A stretch of 64,000 nt of DNA from Acidobacteriota bacterium (GTDB lineage: Bacteria > Acidobacteriota > Vicinamibacteria > Fen-336), in assembly GCA_016199625.1 (NCBI GenBank), contig JACQGI010000015.1, positions 3,822-67,821 on the forward strand, read 5' to 3'. The stretch's first letter is position 1, and every line of letters begins with the position of its first letter. Of the stretch, positions 9,417-19,303 are shown one piece after another. Position numbers and translations under genes: made by a program. The notes under the pieces are model-generated. The model saw only the letters and a program-made list of their open reading frames with translations, made no database searches and was not told where the DNA came from.

Positions 9417-10439
9417 TCAGCGGGGCCCCTCCTGGGCCTTGGGGAACACGAGGGAGAGGACGACGGACACGGCGATGACGCCGATGATGACGCCCAGGGA
9501 GATGCCGATCGGGAAGTGGCCGCCCCACAGTCGGTTGAGAATCACCATCTTGAGGCCCACGAAGACGAGCACGATCCCGAGGCCGTACTTCAGCATGTGG
9601 AACAGGTCCATGGCCCCGGCGAGCATGAAGTACAGGTTCCGGAGACCGAGGATCGCGAAGATGTTCGACGTGAAGACGACGAGAGGCTCCTTCGTCAGGG
9701 CGAAGATGGCCGGTACGGAGTCCACGGCGAAGAGGATGTCGGTCATCTCGAGGAACAGCAGCGCGATGAAGAGGGGCGTCGCGTGGAGGACGCCCCCCAG
9801 CTTCACGAAGAAGCGCTGCTCGTGGAATTCCGCCGTCACGGGGACGAAGCGGCGGAACAGCTTGATGACGGCGTTCTCTTCGGGAAGGACCTCCTTCTCG
9901 GGGGCGAACATCATCCGGCCGCCGGTCACCACGAGGAACGCCCCGAAGAGCCACACGACCCACTCGAACCGGAGCAGGAGCGCCCCAAGGGCGATGAAGA
10001 TCGCCCGGAAGACGAGGGCCCCCATGATCCCGAAGAACAGGACCCTGTGCTGGTACTTCGCCGGGATCGCGAAGTAGTTGAGGACCACGACGAACACGAA
10101 GATGTTGTCCACCGAGAGCGAGTACTCGACGACGTAGCCGGCCAGGAACTCGAGGGCCGTCTGCTTCGCCGCTCTCGCCGCGTCGAACCCCGGAATGGCC
10201 GCGAGGCTCGGGTCCACGGGGAAGTGGTGGAGCATGTACCGGTAGAAGCCGTAGTTGAACGCCAGGGCCAGGCTCACCCACACGACGCTCCAGGCCGCGG
10301 CCTCCTTGACCGACACCGTGTGCGCCTTGCGGTGGAACACCCCGAGGTCCAGCAGCAGCAGGAGGAGGACGAAGACCGTGAAGCCCGCGTAGAACCACCA
10401 GTGGTCCTCGAACGGGAAGAGCCGGACCTCGTTCAGCAT
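9417..10439 (-). CDS. TerC/Alx-family metal homeostasis membrane protein
   Basis: LDLGVFHRKAH, EYSLSVDNIFVF, TDILFAVDSVPAIF, VFTSNIFAILGLR. Confidence 0.93.
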   Translation of the reverse strand: MLNEVRLFPFEDHWWFYAGFTVFVLLLLLLDLGVFHRKAHTVSVKEAAAWSVVWVSLALAFNYGFYRYMLHHFPVDPSLAAIPGFDAARAAKQTALEFLAGYVVEYSLSVDNIFVFVVVLNYFAIPAKYQHRVLFFGIMGALVFRAIFIALGALLLRFEWVVWLFGAFLVVTGGRMMFAPEKEVLPEENAVIKLFRRFVPVTAEFHEQRFFVKLGGVLHATPLFIALLFLEMTDILFAVDSVPAIFALTKEPLVVFTSNIFAILGLRNLYFMLAGAMDLFHMLKYGLGIVLVFVGLKMVILNRLWGGHFPIGISLGVIIGVIAVSVVLSLVFPKAQEGPR

Positions 10440-11998
10440 GGTGCTCTCTCGGGAACCGGCGCGCCCACGTCCCCGAGGCGCGGCCGGCCCCCTTCGAGAA
10501 GCGTGTGGCCCAGGAAGCGGTCGTCGGCCCGGGGGAAGTCGCCGCGGAAGTGCCCTCCCCGGCTCTCTTCGCGGAACAGCGCCGACACGGCCATGGACCA
10601 CGCCACGTCGGCGAGGTTGCGCTCCTCCGCGGCCTCGCGGTCGGCGGGTGGCGAGGGGGCCGTCCGGCGGACCTCCTCGAGGAACGCGATCAGCCCCCGG
10701 AGCCCGCCGGCGTCCCGCTCGAGGCCGAGGCCGTCCCAGGCGCGCCGCTGGATCTCCTGGCGCCGGCCCGCGGCGGCTTGCGGCGTTCCGGACGCGGGCG
10801 GGACGTCGGGCCCGACCCGCGCTTCCGGGCCGTCGGCCACCATGGCCTCGGCGGCGCGGGCACCGAACACGAGCCCTTCGAGGAGCGAGTTGCTGGCCAG
10901 GCGGTTCGCGCCGTGGACCCCCGTGCCCGCCGCCTCGCCGGCGGCGTAGAGCCCGGGGAGCGTCGTCCGCCCGTGCAGGTCCGTGGCCACGCCTCCCATG
11001 ACGTAGTGGGCGGCGGGCGTCACGGGGACGGGATCCCGGCTCACGTCCACCCCGTAGCGGAGGCACGTCGCGTGGATGCGCGGGAAGCGGCTCCGCACCC
11101 GCTCCGGGTCCAGGTGGCGCAGGTCGAGTGTGACCGGGCCGCGTCCCGCCCCGTTCTCGCGGAAGATCGCCCGCGCCACCTGGTCACGGGGGGCCAGCTC
11201 CTCCGTGAAGCGCTCCCCCGCGCCGTTGCGCAGGTGGGCGCCCTCACCCCGCACCGCCTCCGAGACGAGGAACCGCGGGGCGCCCGCCACGGCGAGGGCC
11301 GTGGGATGGAACTGGACGAACTCCATGTCCAGGAGCACCGCGCCCGCCCTCAGGGCCATGGCGACCCCGTCGCCGGTGGCCACCGGCGGGTTGGTCGTCT
11401 CGGCGAAGACCTGTCCGGCGCCACCGGTCGCCAGCAGCGTGGCGCGGCCGAGGACGGTGGTCTCGGAGCCATCCTCCTCGAGGAACCGGCACCCGACGAC
11501 GCGGCCGGCGTCGAGGACGAGGTCGCTCGAGCAGGCGAAGGAGCGCACGCTGACGTTCTCGGTGACCCGCGCCCTCTCGAGGAGCGACCGGACCATCTCC
11601 CAGCCCGTGGCGTCGCCGAGGGCGTGCAGGACCCGATTGCGCGAGTGAGCCCCTTCGCGGGTGAAGTGAAAGCGCCCCTCCTCGCGGTCGAAGCGCGTTC
11701 CCCAGGAGGCCAGCTCGCGGATCCGCTCGGGCCCTTCCTCCACCAGCACCCGGGCCGCGGCCTCGGAGACGAGGCCCGCCCCCGCCGCGAGCGTGTCCTG
11801 GAGGTGGAGCCCCGCGTCGTCGTCGGGCCCCAGGGCGACGGCGACACCGCCCTGGGCGTAGCCGGTGTTGCTCTCGGTGGGTTGGTCCTTGGTCACCACC
11901 AGGACGCGCCCGTGCCGCGCGAGGCCCAAGGCCGCCCGCAGCCCCGCGATCCCGGAGCCCAGGACCAGAAAGTCCGCCCGCAACGTGTCTCCCTTCAT
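10433..11998 (-). CDS. nadB: L-aspartate oxidase
   Basis: GSGIAGL, YAQGGVA, EGAHS, QFHPT, SEAVRGEG, HYVMGG, GVHGANRLASNSLLEG, ESRGGHFR. Confidence 0.96.
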   Translation of the reverse strand: MKGDTLRADFLVLGSGIAGLRAALGLARHGRVLVVTKDQPTESNTGYAQGGVAVALGPDDDAGLHLQDTLAAGAGLVSEAAARVLVEEGPERIRELASWGTRFDREEGRFHFTREGAHSRNRVLHALGDATGWEMVRSLLERARVTENVSVRSFACSSDLVLDAGRVVGCRFLEEDGSETTVLGRATLLATGGAGQVFAETTNPPVATGDGVAMALRAGAVLLDMEFVQFHPTALAVAGAPRFLVSEAVRGEGAHLRNGAGERFTEELAPRDQVARAIFRENGAGRGPVTLDLRHLDPERVRSRFPRIHATCLRYGVDVSRDPVPVTPAAHYVMGGVATDLHGRTTLPGLYAAGEAAGTGVHGANRLASNSLLEGLVFGARAAEAMVADGPEARVGPDVPPASGTPQAAAGRRQEIQRRAWDGLGLERDAGGLRGLIAFLEEVRRTAPSPPADREAAEERNLADVAWSMAVSALFREESRGGHFRGDFPRADDRFLGHTLLEGGRPRLGDVGAPVPERAPC

Positions 11999-12045
11999 CT
12001 CTTTCACCCGACGGCTCAAAGATTCGGATTCTATCAAAAGAGCCC

Positions 12046-12075
12046 TTGACCCGCCTTGGACCGCGGTGCTACCTT
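12046..12075 (+). promoter_or_regulatory. Putative sigma-70 promoter
   Basis: TTGACC-N18-TACCTT with extended TG, in the divergent intergenic region. Confidence 0.45.
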
Positions 12076-12139
12076 TTCTGGGCCTCTCGGAACGCGATCC
12101 CCTCGCCCTCCCTTCGTCTCTCCCAGAAAGACGACCGAA

Positions 12140-12586
12140 GTGAAGAGCATCGTCTGCATCGTCGTGCTCGCGACCGCCCCCGTCTCGGCCCGCGACGAGA
12201 CCTACACGTACACCAACGAGGACCTCGAGCGGGTCGCGCCCTACCGCGACCAGATGGGAGCGTGGACCGTCGACGGCCCCGGCCCTGGAGCCGGCAAGGC
12301 CCCGACCCCCGACCGCCAGGCGACCGCGCAGGAGGCCACCGAGCGCCGCTGGAGGCGCGAGGCGCGGCGACTCCAGGAGCGTCTCGCCCCCCGGAAGAAG
12401 CGGGCGGACGAGCTCCGCCAGAGGATCGAGGAGCGCCGCCACGCGACCGGCGCGCCGTGGAAGGACCCGCAGCGCGAGCGTCTCGAGAGCGAGCTCGAGG
12501 CCGTCGAGTTCCTGATCCGGCAGGCCGAGGACGCGTTCGAAGAGCGGGCGCGGAAGGCCGGGGCGCTCCCGGGGTGGATCAGGTAG
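12140..12586 (+). CDS. Exported coiled-coil hypothetical protein (YTNEDL...PGWIR family)
   Basis: Signal-like N-terminus, YTNEDL motif, coiled coil, C-terminal ARKAGALPGWIR; paralogue at 21847-22500. Confidence 0.75.
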   Translation: MKSIVCIVVLATAPVSARDETYTYTNEDLERVAPYRDQMGAWTVDGPGPGAGKAPTPDRQATAQEATERRWRREARRLQERLAPRKKRADELRQRIEERRHATGAPWKDPQRERLESELEAVEFLIRQAEDAFEERARKAGALPGWIR

Positions 12587-12615
12587 CCGGGTCCCGTGTG
12601 CTATCCTGCCCGCCT

Positions 12616-13713
12616 GTGATCGAGATCCCCGTCGAGCTGGGCGCGCGGCGCTACGCGGTGAGCATCGGCCACGGCGTGTGCGGCCTCCTCCCGGAGATCC
12701 TGTCGTCGTTCCGCGGCCGGCGGATCGTCGTCGTGTCGAACAGCCGCGTGTGGTCGCTCCACGGCCCTCGCGTGGAGAAGCCCCTGCGAGCGCTGGGCCC
12801 GCTCTCGCGAGCCCTCGTCCCCGACGGAGAGCGTCACAAGTCCCGGGAGACCCTGAACGCGCTCCACGACGCGTTCCTCGACGCCCGTCTCTCCCGCGAC
12901 GGCCTCGTCGTGGCCTTCGGAGGCGGCGTCGTCGGGGACCTGGCCGGCTTCGCCGCCGCCACGTACATGCGCGGCCTGGACTGGATCGTGGTCCCCACGA
13001 CCCTCCTCGCCATGGTGGACAGCGCCGTCGGCGGCAAGGTCGGGATCAACCATCCCCGGGCCAAGAACCTCATCGGGGCGTTCCACCAGCCCGGTGCAGT
13101 GGTGGCCGACCCGGCGCTCCTCGCCACGCTGCCGCCCCGCGAGCTGCGCAGCGGCGTCTACGAGGTCCTCAAGTGCGGGGTCCTCGGGGACCGGGCGCTC
13201 TTCAAGGCCCTGCAGCGCGCTCCGCAGGGGCTGGCCGGGTGGGAGCGCATCGACACGGAGAACGCCATCGCCTCGGCCTGCCGGATCAAGGCCGAGGTCG
13301 TGGAGAAGGACGAGCGCGAGGGGGGCCTGCGCCGCGTCCTGAACCTCGGCCACACCCTCGGCCACGCGCTGGAGGCGGTGACCCGCTACCGCCGGTTCAC
13401 CCACGGCGAGGCGGTGGGCTGGGGGCTCGTGGGCGCCGGCTGGATCTCCCGCCGGCGCGGCCTGCTCAGCGAATCGGCCTTCGACGCCGTCGCGGGGGCG
13501 GTGGATCACCTGGGCCCCCGGCCCCGGGTTTCGGACCTCTCGCCCGAGCGGATCCTCAAGGCCGTGGGCCACGACAAGAAGGCGCGGGGCGGCCGCCTCA
13601 CCTTCGTGCTGCCCACCGGCGTCGGGCGCGTCGTCGTGCGCGACGACGTCCAGCCGGCGGAGATCGAGCGCGCCCTCGAGGTGATGGCCGCCCGGGAGGC
13701 GCTCCTCGGCTGA
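12616..13713 (+). CDS. aroB: 3-dehydroquinate synthase
   Basis: GGGVVGDLAGFAAATYMRG, PTTLLAMVDSAVGGKVGIN, KNLIGAFHQP, LNLGHTLGHALE, HGEAV. Confidence 0.97.
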   Translation: MIEIPVELGARRYAVSIGHGVCGLLPEILSSFRGRRIVVVSNSRVWSLHGPRVEKPLRALGPLSRALVPDGERHKSRETLNALHDAFLDARLSRDGLVVAFGGGVVGDLAGFAAATYMRGLDWIVVPTTLLAMVDSAVGGKVGINHPRAKNLIGAFHQPGAVVADPALLATLPPRELRSGVYEVLKCGVLGDRALFKALQRAPQGLAGWERIDTENAIASACRIKAEVVEKDEREGGLRRVLNLGHTLGHALEAVTRYRRFTHGEAVGWGLVGAGWISRRRGLLSESAFDAVAGAVDHLGPRPRVSDLSPERILKAVGHDKKARGGRLTFVLPTGVGRVVVRDDVQPAEIERALEVMAAREALLG

Positions 13714-13721
13714 CGTCGGGC

Positions 13722-14648
13722 CTACCGCTGGCCGAGGAGGAGCAGCAGGAGCGCCTTCTGGGTGTGGAGCCGGTTCTCCGCCTCGTCGAAGACCACGGAC
13801 TGCGGCCCGTCGATGACGTCCGCGGCCACCTCTTCCCCGCGGTGGGCCGGCAGGCAGTGCATGAACACGGCCTCCTGGACCGCCACGGCCATGAGCTCCG
13901 ACGTCACCTGGTAGCCGTCGAAGGCCTGCCGCCGCGAGTCCGCCTCCGCCTCCTGTCCCATCGAGGCCCAGACGTCGGTGTAGACGAGGTCGGCGCCGGC
14001 CACGGCGGCCCTCGGGTCGCTGGTCACCACCGGGATGGGTGTCCGGGCCTTCTGGGCGTCGCGGGCGGAGCTCTTCACGATGAGAGGATTGGGCTCGTAG
14101 CCGTTCGGGCAAGCCGCGGCGAACGACATGCCCAGCTTGACGGCGCCGATCATCAGCTCGTGGCACACGTTGTTGCCGTCCCCGACGTAGGCCACCTTGA
14201 GCCGCTCGATCTCCCCACGCCGCTCGCGCAGCGTGAAGTAGTCCGCCAGCGCCTGGCAGGGGTGCAGGAGGTCCGAGAGCCCGTTGATCACGGGGACCGT
14301 TCCGTACTTCGCCAGGTCGAGGATGTCCTGGTGGGTGAACACCCGCGCCATGATGCCGTCCACGTACCGCGAGAGCACCCGCGCCGTGTCGGCGATGGTC
14401 TCGCCTCGATGGAGCTGGATGTCGTTGGCACCCAGATAGAGGGACGTCCCTCCGAGCTGGAACATCCCCACCTCGAAGGACACCCGGGTCCGGGTGGACG
14501 GCTTCTGGAAGATCATCGCGAGCGACTTGCCCTCGAGGGCCCGGGCGTAGGCCTTCGGGTCGGCCTTCATCCGGCCGGCCAGGTCGAAGACCTCCTCGAT
14601 GTCTTCCCGGGAGTAGTCCTTGAGTGAGAGCAGGTGCTTCTGTTTCAT
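13722..14648 (-). CDS. argF: Ornithine carbamoyltransferase
   Basis: KPSTRTRVSF, HPCQALAD, YTDVWASMGQE, FMHCLPAHRG, AENRLH. Confidence 0.97.
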   Translation of the reverse strand: MKQKHLLSLKDYSREDIEEVFDLAGRMKADPKAYARALEGKSLAMIFQKPSTRTRVSFEVGMFQLGGTSLYLGANDIQLHRGETIADTARVLSRYVDGIMARVFTHQDILDLAKYGTVPVINGLSDLLHPCQALADYFTLRERRGEIERLKVAYVGDGNNVCHELMIGAVKLGMSFAAACPNGYEPNPLIVKSSARDAQKARTPIPVVTSDPRAAVAGADLVYTDVWASMGQEAEADSRRQAFDGYQVTSELMAVAVQEAVFMHCLPAHRGEEVAADVIDGPQSVVFDEAENRLHTQKALLLLLLGQR

Positions 14649-14653
14649 CCGCG

Positions 14654-15961
14654 TCAGAGGCTCCTCAGGACGTCGGTCAAGTCGGGCTTGCCGATCTCCT
14701 GGAGCTCGTAGCTGACGCGCAGGGCCGGCTTGGTGATCCGGATGATGCGGCGCAGGTCGATGGGCGTCGCGATGAGCACGAGATCTGCGGGGGTACGCTC
14801 CACGGTCGCCTCGAGGTCGCGCATCTGCTCGTCGCCGTAGCCCATGGCGGGTAGGAGGGTCCCGATCTCCGGGTAGGTCTCGAAGGTCCGGGTGATGGAG
14901 CCGACCGTGTAGGGGCGCGGGTCCACGATGTCGGCGGCGCCGTGCTTCATCGCCGCCACGACGCCGGCCCCGTACTTCATCTCGCCGTGGGTCAGCGTCG
15001 GGCCGTCCTCGATGGCGAGGACGCGCTTGCCGCGGATCGCCGACGGGTCGTCCACGAAGATGGGCGACGCCGCGTCCACCACCGTGGCCCGCGGGTTGAC
15101 CTCGTGGATCGAGCGTCGGACCTCGGCGACCCCCGCGGCGTCGGCGGTGTCGATCTTGTTGATCACGACGACGTGGGCCCGGCGCAAGTTCGCCTCGCCG
15201 GGGTGGTACGTCGTCTCGTGACCCGGGCGGTGGGGGTCGGCCACGACGATCTCGACGTCGGGGAGGTAGAACGGCAGGTCGTTGTTGCCGCCGTCCCACA
15301 CGATGACGTCGGCCTCCTTCTCGGCCTCGGCCAGGATCGCCCCGTAGTCGACACCGGCGTAGATGACCCCGCCCGAGGCGATGTGGGGCTCGTACTCCTC
15401 GCGCTCCTCGATCGTGCAGCGGTGCAGGTCGAGGTCCTCCATCTTCGCGAAGCGCTGGACCCGCTGGCGCACGAGGTCCCCGTACGGCATGGGGTGCCGG
15501 ATCGCGACGACGCGCCGCCCCTTCTCGCGCAGGATCCGGATGACGCGGCGGGTCGTCTGGCTCTTGCCGCTCCCCGTGCGCACGGCGCACACCGAGACGA
15601 CGGGCACCCTGGCCTTCAGCATGCTGGCCCTGGGGCCGACGAGGCGGAAGTCGGCCCCCGCGGCGAGGACGATCGAGGCCTTGTGCATCACGGTCTCGTG
15701 GGAGACGTCGCTGTAGGAGAAGATCACCTCGTCGGCGCCCAGCTCCCCTACGAGGCGCGTCAGATCGGACTCGGGGTGGATGGGAATCCCCTCGGGATAG
15801 CGGGGACCGGCCAGCTCGGGGGGATAGCGCCGCCCCTCGATGTTGGGGATCTGGGTGGCCGTGAAGGCCACGACCAGCGACCCCGGCTCGTCCCGGAAGA
15901 CGGTGTTGAAGTTGTGGAAGTCGCGTCCCGCGGCCCCCATGATGACGATGCGCCTCGGCAC
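14654..15961 (-). CDS. COG2403 P-loop protein (cDPG-synthetase-like / arginine synthetase ArcE-like)
   Basis: MGAAGRDFHNFN, AFTATQIP, AVRTGSGKSQT, RHPMPYG, TIEEREEYEPH, WDGGNND, EDGPTLTHG; GGAGGAGG RBS; 5 nt upstream of argF. Confidence 0.85.
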   Translation of the reverse strand: MPRRIVIMGAAGRDFHNFNTVFRDEPGSLVVAFTATQIPNIEGRRYPPELAGPRYPEGIPIHPESDLTRLVGELGADEVIFSYSDVSHETVMHKASIVLAAGADFRLVGPRASMLKARVPVVSVCAVRTGSGKSQTTRRVIRILREKGRRVVAIRHPMPYGDLVRQRVQRFAKMEDLDLHRCTIEEREEYEPHIASGGVIYAGVDYGAILAEAEKEADVIVWDGGNNDLPFYLPDVEIVVADPHRPGHETTYHPGEANLRRAHVVVINKIDTADAAGVAEVRRSIHEVNPRATVVDAASPIFVDDPSAIRGKRVLAIEDGPTLTHGEMKYGAGVVAAMKHGAADIVDPRPYTVGSITRTFETYPEIGTLLPAMGYGDEQMRDLEATVERTPADLVLIATPIDLRRIIRITKPALRVSYELQEIGKPDLTDVLRSL

Positions 15962-16040
15962 GTGACCCTCCTCCGTGGACCGGCGGCCATCATATCGGCC
16001 GCGTTCCCGGCGAGTCAAACAACGTGGTTCAATGGGTGCG

Positions 16041-16643
16041 ATGAAGATCGCCGCGGTGATCCTCGCCGCAGGCGAGGGGCGGAGGATCGGCGGGCCCAAG
16101 GCCCTCCTCCCCCTCGACGACGCCACCTTCCTGTCCCGCTGCGCGGCGCTCGTGGCCCGCCCCGGCGTCGACCTCGTGATCGCCGTGCTCGGCCACGAAG
16201 CGGCGCGCGTCGCGGTGGAGGCGGGCGCGCCGGCGGGGGTGCGCCTGGTCGCGAACGCCCGCTACGGCGACGGCATGCTCTCCTCCGTGCTCCGGGGCCT
16301 GGACGCCGCCGAGGAGGCGGGCGCCGACGCCGTCCTGATCCACCCTGTGGATCATCCCCTCGTCTCACCCGAGACCGTGGATCGCGTCGTGTCGGCGCTC
16401 ACCGCAGGCGCGGTCATCGCCGTGCCCACCCACGGCGGCCGGCGTGGGCATCCGGGGGGCTTTGCGCGGGTCGCGTGGCCGGCGCTCCGCGCCGCTCCGC
16501 CGGACCGAGGCGCCCGCGCCGTCCTCGCGGACCATCCCGACTGGATCGTCCACGTCACGGGCGACGCTGGCTGCGTGGCCGGCATCGACACCCCGGAGGA
16601 CTACGAGCGCGTCCGCGGGTCCCGGCGCCGGCCCGCACGTTGA
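16041..16643 (+). CDS. MocA/MobA-like nucleotidyltransferase
   Basis: ILAAGEGRRIGGPKALL, GMLSSV..G, PVDHP, GHPG, IDTPEDY. Confidence 0.88.
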   Translation: MKIAAVILAAGEGRRIGGPKALLPLDDATFLSRCAALVARPGVDLVIAVLGHEAARVAVEAGAPAGVRLVANARYGDGMLSSVLRGLDAAEEAGADAVLIHPVDHPLVSPETVDRVVSALTAGAVIAVPTHGGRRGHPGGFARVAWPALRAAPPDRGARAVLADHPDWIVHVTGDAGCVAGIDTPEDYERVRGSRRRPAR

Positions 16644-16646
16644 GGG

Positions 16647-17672
16647 TCAATCCTTGAGGGCAGCCTCGCGGGCCGAGAGGCGGTGCTCCCGGAGGAGCCG
16701 GAGGAACGCGGTGTGGGACAGCCGGCGCAATCCGCACGCCCGCCGCCGCTCGCGGAGGGCCGAGGGCGCTCGCGCCGCGGCCGAAGCGTAGGCGCGGAGG
16801 ACGACGACCACGAGGTGGGCGAACGAGCGCTCCTGCGCCAGCCGGCCCGCCGCGCCGCGTCCGGTCAGGGCACCCCACGCCTGCAGCGCCAGCCGCAGCG
16901 CCGTCCACCCCGGGCTGAGGACGACGAGGGGCCAGGGGAAGTGCTTCAACAGAACCAGCACGCGGTTGCGCTCCACGTGGAAGGCCTTCAGGCTCGAGTA
17001 CGCGCCGGCGCTCCGCGAGTAGTGGTGATGCGCCACGGCCCGGGGCGCGAAGGCGCACTCCCAGCCCGCCAGCCTCCCCCGGAGGCCGAGGTCGGCGTCT
17101 TCGCCGTAGAGGAAGAAGGACTCGTCGAAGAGGCCGATCTCCTCGAGCATGGCCCTCCGGTAGAGCGCCGCGGCGCCGCTGGGGAACAGGGCCTCCGACT
17201 GGCCGTCGTACTGGCCGCGGTCGGGCTCGAGACGCCCCCGGCCACGGTTGAGGCCGTCGGGATACAACAGGTGCCCAGCCGTGTCGATCACGTCTCGGCG
17301 GGCGTAATCGAGGACCTTGGCGGCGACCATCCCGACCCTCGGATCGCGGTCCGCGGCCGCCACCATCTCCACGGCGAAGCCCTGGGCCGCGACCGCGTCG
17401 GCGTTGAGGAGGATGACGTGGCGCCCGCGGCTCTCGCGGATGCCCGCGTTGTTGCCGGCCCCGAAGCCGAGGTTCCGCCCCATCCGCAGCACGCGCACGC
17501 GCTCGCCGAACCGCCGCTCGATCTCCCCGTCGGAGCCGTCCCTCGACCCGTTGTCCACGACGAGGACGTCGAGCCCTTCGAGCGACTGGTCGAGGAGACT
17601 TGCCACGGCCTCCTCGACGAAGCCCCTGCCGTCGTAGTTCAGGACGATCGCCGTGGCCGCGCAAGAGGTCAC
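16647..17672 (-). CDS. Glycosyltransferase family 2 (rhamnosyltransferase-like)
   Basis: IVLNYDG, VVDNGSRDGS, NLGFGAGNNAGI, LLNAD, FDESFFLYGEDADL; GTGA overlap with the upstream gene. Confidence 0.92.
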   Translation of the reverse strand: MTSCAATAIVLNYDGRGFVEEAVASLLDQSLEGLDVLVVDNGSRDGSDGEIERRFGERVRVLRMGRNLGFGAGNNAGIRESRGRHVILLNADAVAAQGFAVEMVAAADRDPRVGMVAAKVLDYARRDVIDTAGHLLYPDGLNRGRGRLEPDRGQYDGQSEALFPSGAAALYRRAMLEEIGLFDESFFLYGEDADLGLRGRLAGWECAFAPRAVAHHHYSRSAGAYSSLKAFHVERNRVLVLLKHFPWPLVVLSPGWTALRLALQAWGALTGRGAAGRLAQERSFAHLVVVVLRAYASAAARAPSALRERRRACGLRRLSHTAFLRLLREHRLSAREAALKD

Positions 17673-19303
17673 GGCGGGCCGAGCTGCTGCTGCAGCCGGA
17701 CGAGGGCCTCGGCGTCGGCGGGGTCGAGCTCGAGCCGCGAGGCTTCCTCGAGGAGGGCGCGGGCCCGGACGAGCTCGCCGCGGCGGACGAGCACCGCGCC
17801 CAGGTTGATGCGGGGCTGGGCGAGCGCGGGGTCGGCGGCGATCGCGGCCTCGAACTCGGCGATGGCCTCCTCCTCCCGACCCAGCGCGGAGAGGATCATG
17901 CCGAGGTTGTCGCGGATCCGGCCGTCGTACGGCAGGGCCCGGACGGCCCCCCGCATCACGGCCTCCGCCTCGCGGAGCCGGCTGGTCCGGAGGTAGAAGA
18001 CCCCGAGGTTCGTCCATGCCTGAGCGGCGTTGGGCTCGAGCGCCGCCGCCCGGGTGTAGGCCCACTCGGCGCGCCGGTCGCCGCGCGCGGCGTACGCGTT
18101 GCCGAGGGCCAGGTACGCCTCCCCCGCGAGCGGCGCCCGCGCCGCGGCGTCCTGCCAGGCCCGCACCGGATCCGCGAGGACCCACTCGTACCTCACGGCC
18201 ACTCCCGCCCAGACGAGCAGCAGCGCAAGCGCGAGGCCCCGCCGGCGCGGCCACAGAGCCCCGCCGAGGGCGTACGCGACTCCCGCACCCCCGAGGTACG
18301 CGCGATGATCGGCGACCATCTCCTTGAGCGGAACGAGCGACGACGACGGCAGGAGGGCGATGCCCATCCAGAGCACGGCGAAGGACCAATCGGCCAGACG
18401 CCGGCGCAGGGCGAGCGCGCCGGCGGCCACGCCCAGGGCCGCCAGCCAGCCCAGCAGGGCCCAGCCCTGCGGCGGCCAGGCGGCCGGCTCCTGCCCCCGA
18501 TAGAAGGCCGGATCGAGCGGCACGAGCGTGCGAAGCAAGTAGGCCGGGAAAACGGCGATCTGCGTCGCCAGGTAGGTGCCGCGATCCAGCGCCGGGGGCG
18601 GCAGCCACGAGCCCGTCGCCGCCGCGCGCGCCGCGAGGCCGAGGACCGGAAGGACGAGAAACGGAACGTGCCGGCGCGCACGCCCGACCAGGCCGGCGGG
18701 ATGCTGGTCGGCGACGAAGAAGAAATCCAGGAGCAGCAGCAGGAGCGGGAGGGCCGCCGCCTCCTCCTTGGTGCCGAGGGCCAGGAGGAAGAGGGCGAGG
18801 GCACCCGCCCGCCAGCGCACCGACGGCGACTCGAGATCCCGCACCGCGGCCCTCAGGGAGGCCAGCACGAAGAGGGCGGCCAGCCCCGACGAGCGGCTCG
18901 AGACGTAGGCCACGGTGTCGGCGGCCATCGGCGTCACGGCGAACAGGCTCGCCCCGAGCAGCGCCGAGCCCCCGGGCTCCCCGCGCCGCGCGCGGCGCCC
19001 CATCCACTCGAAGAGCGACGCGAGCAGCGCCGCGGTCGCGGCGTGGACGAGCACGTTGACGAGGTGGTAGGACCACGGTTCGCGGCCCGAGACGGCGAAG
19101 TTCAGCGCCCACGTCAGGCTCAGGACCGGTCGTGCCGGATCGGAGCGCAGCACCGTGCCCAGTCCCCCCTCCTGGATCGCGCGGTTGTCGAGGACCGTGT
19201 GCTGGTCGTCGTAGAGGAAGCCACCCCACAGCGACGGGAGATAGGCGAGAGCCGCGAGAAGGGCGGCGCCGAGGGGCGTGCGCCACGTGGCTCCCGCGGT
19301 CAC
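17669..19303 (-). CDS. TMTC-like GT-C glycosyltransferase with C-terminal TPRs
   Basis: GGFLYDD..TVLDN, RPVLSLTWALN, YHLVNVLVH, VAYVSSRS, KE, ADHRAYL, then TPR repeats. Confidence 0.85.
   Translation of the reverse strand: MTAGATWRTPLGAALLAALAYLPSLWGGFLYDDQHTVLDNRAIQEGGLGTVLRSDPARPVLSLTWALNFAVSGREPWSYHLVNVLVHAATAALLASLFEWMGRRARRGEPGGSALLGASLFAVTPMAADTVAYVSSRSSGLAALFVLASLRAAVRDLESPSVRWRAGALALFLLALGTKEEAAALPLLLLLLDFFFVADQHPAGLVGRARRHVPFLVLPVLGLAARAAATGSWLPPPALDRGTYLATQIAVFPAYLLRTLVPLDPAFYRGQEPAAWPPQGWALLGWLAALGVAAGALALRRRLADWSFAVLWMGIALLPSSSLVPLKEMVADHRAYLGGAGVAYALGGALWPRRRGLALALLLVWAGVAVRYEWVLADPVRAWQDAAARAPLAGEAYLALGNAYAARGDRRAEWAYTRAAALEPNAAQAWTNLGVFYLRTSRLREAEAVMRGAVRALPYDGRIRDNLGMILSALGREEEAIAEFEAAIAADPALAQPRINLGAVLVRRGELVRARALLEEASRLELDPADAEALVRLQQQLGPP

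Noticed and set aside
9417-10439. yybP-ykoY Mn riboswitch expected upstream of an Alx-type terC
   Set aside because: terC overlaps the nadB stop, leaving no room for a leader; any link to metalation of the GT-C enzymes is unsupported.
12073-12130. TTTCTGGG...CCCAGAAA inverted repeat in the nadB divergent region
   Set aside because: Short arms with a long loop; could be chance, and no function can be supported.
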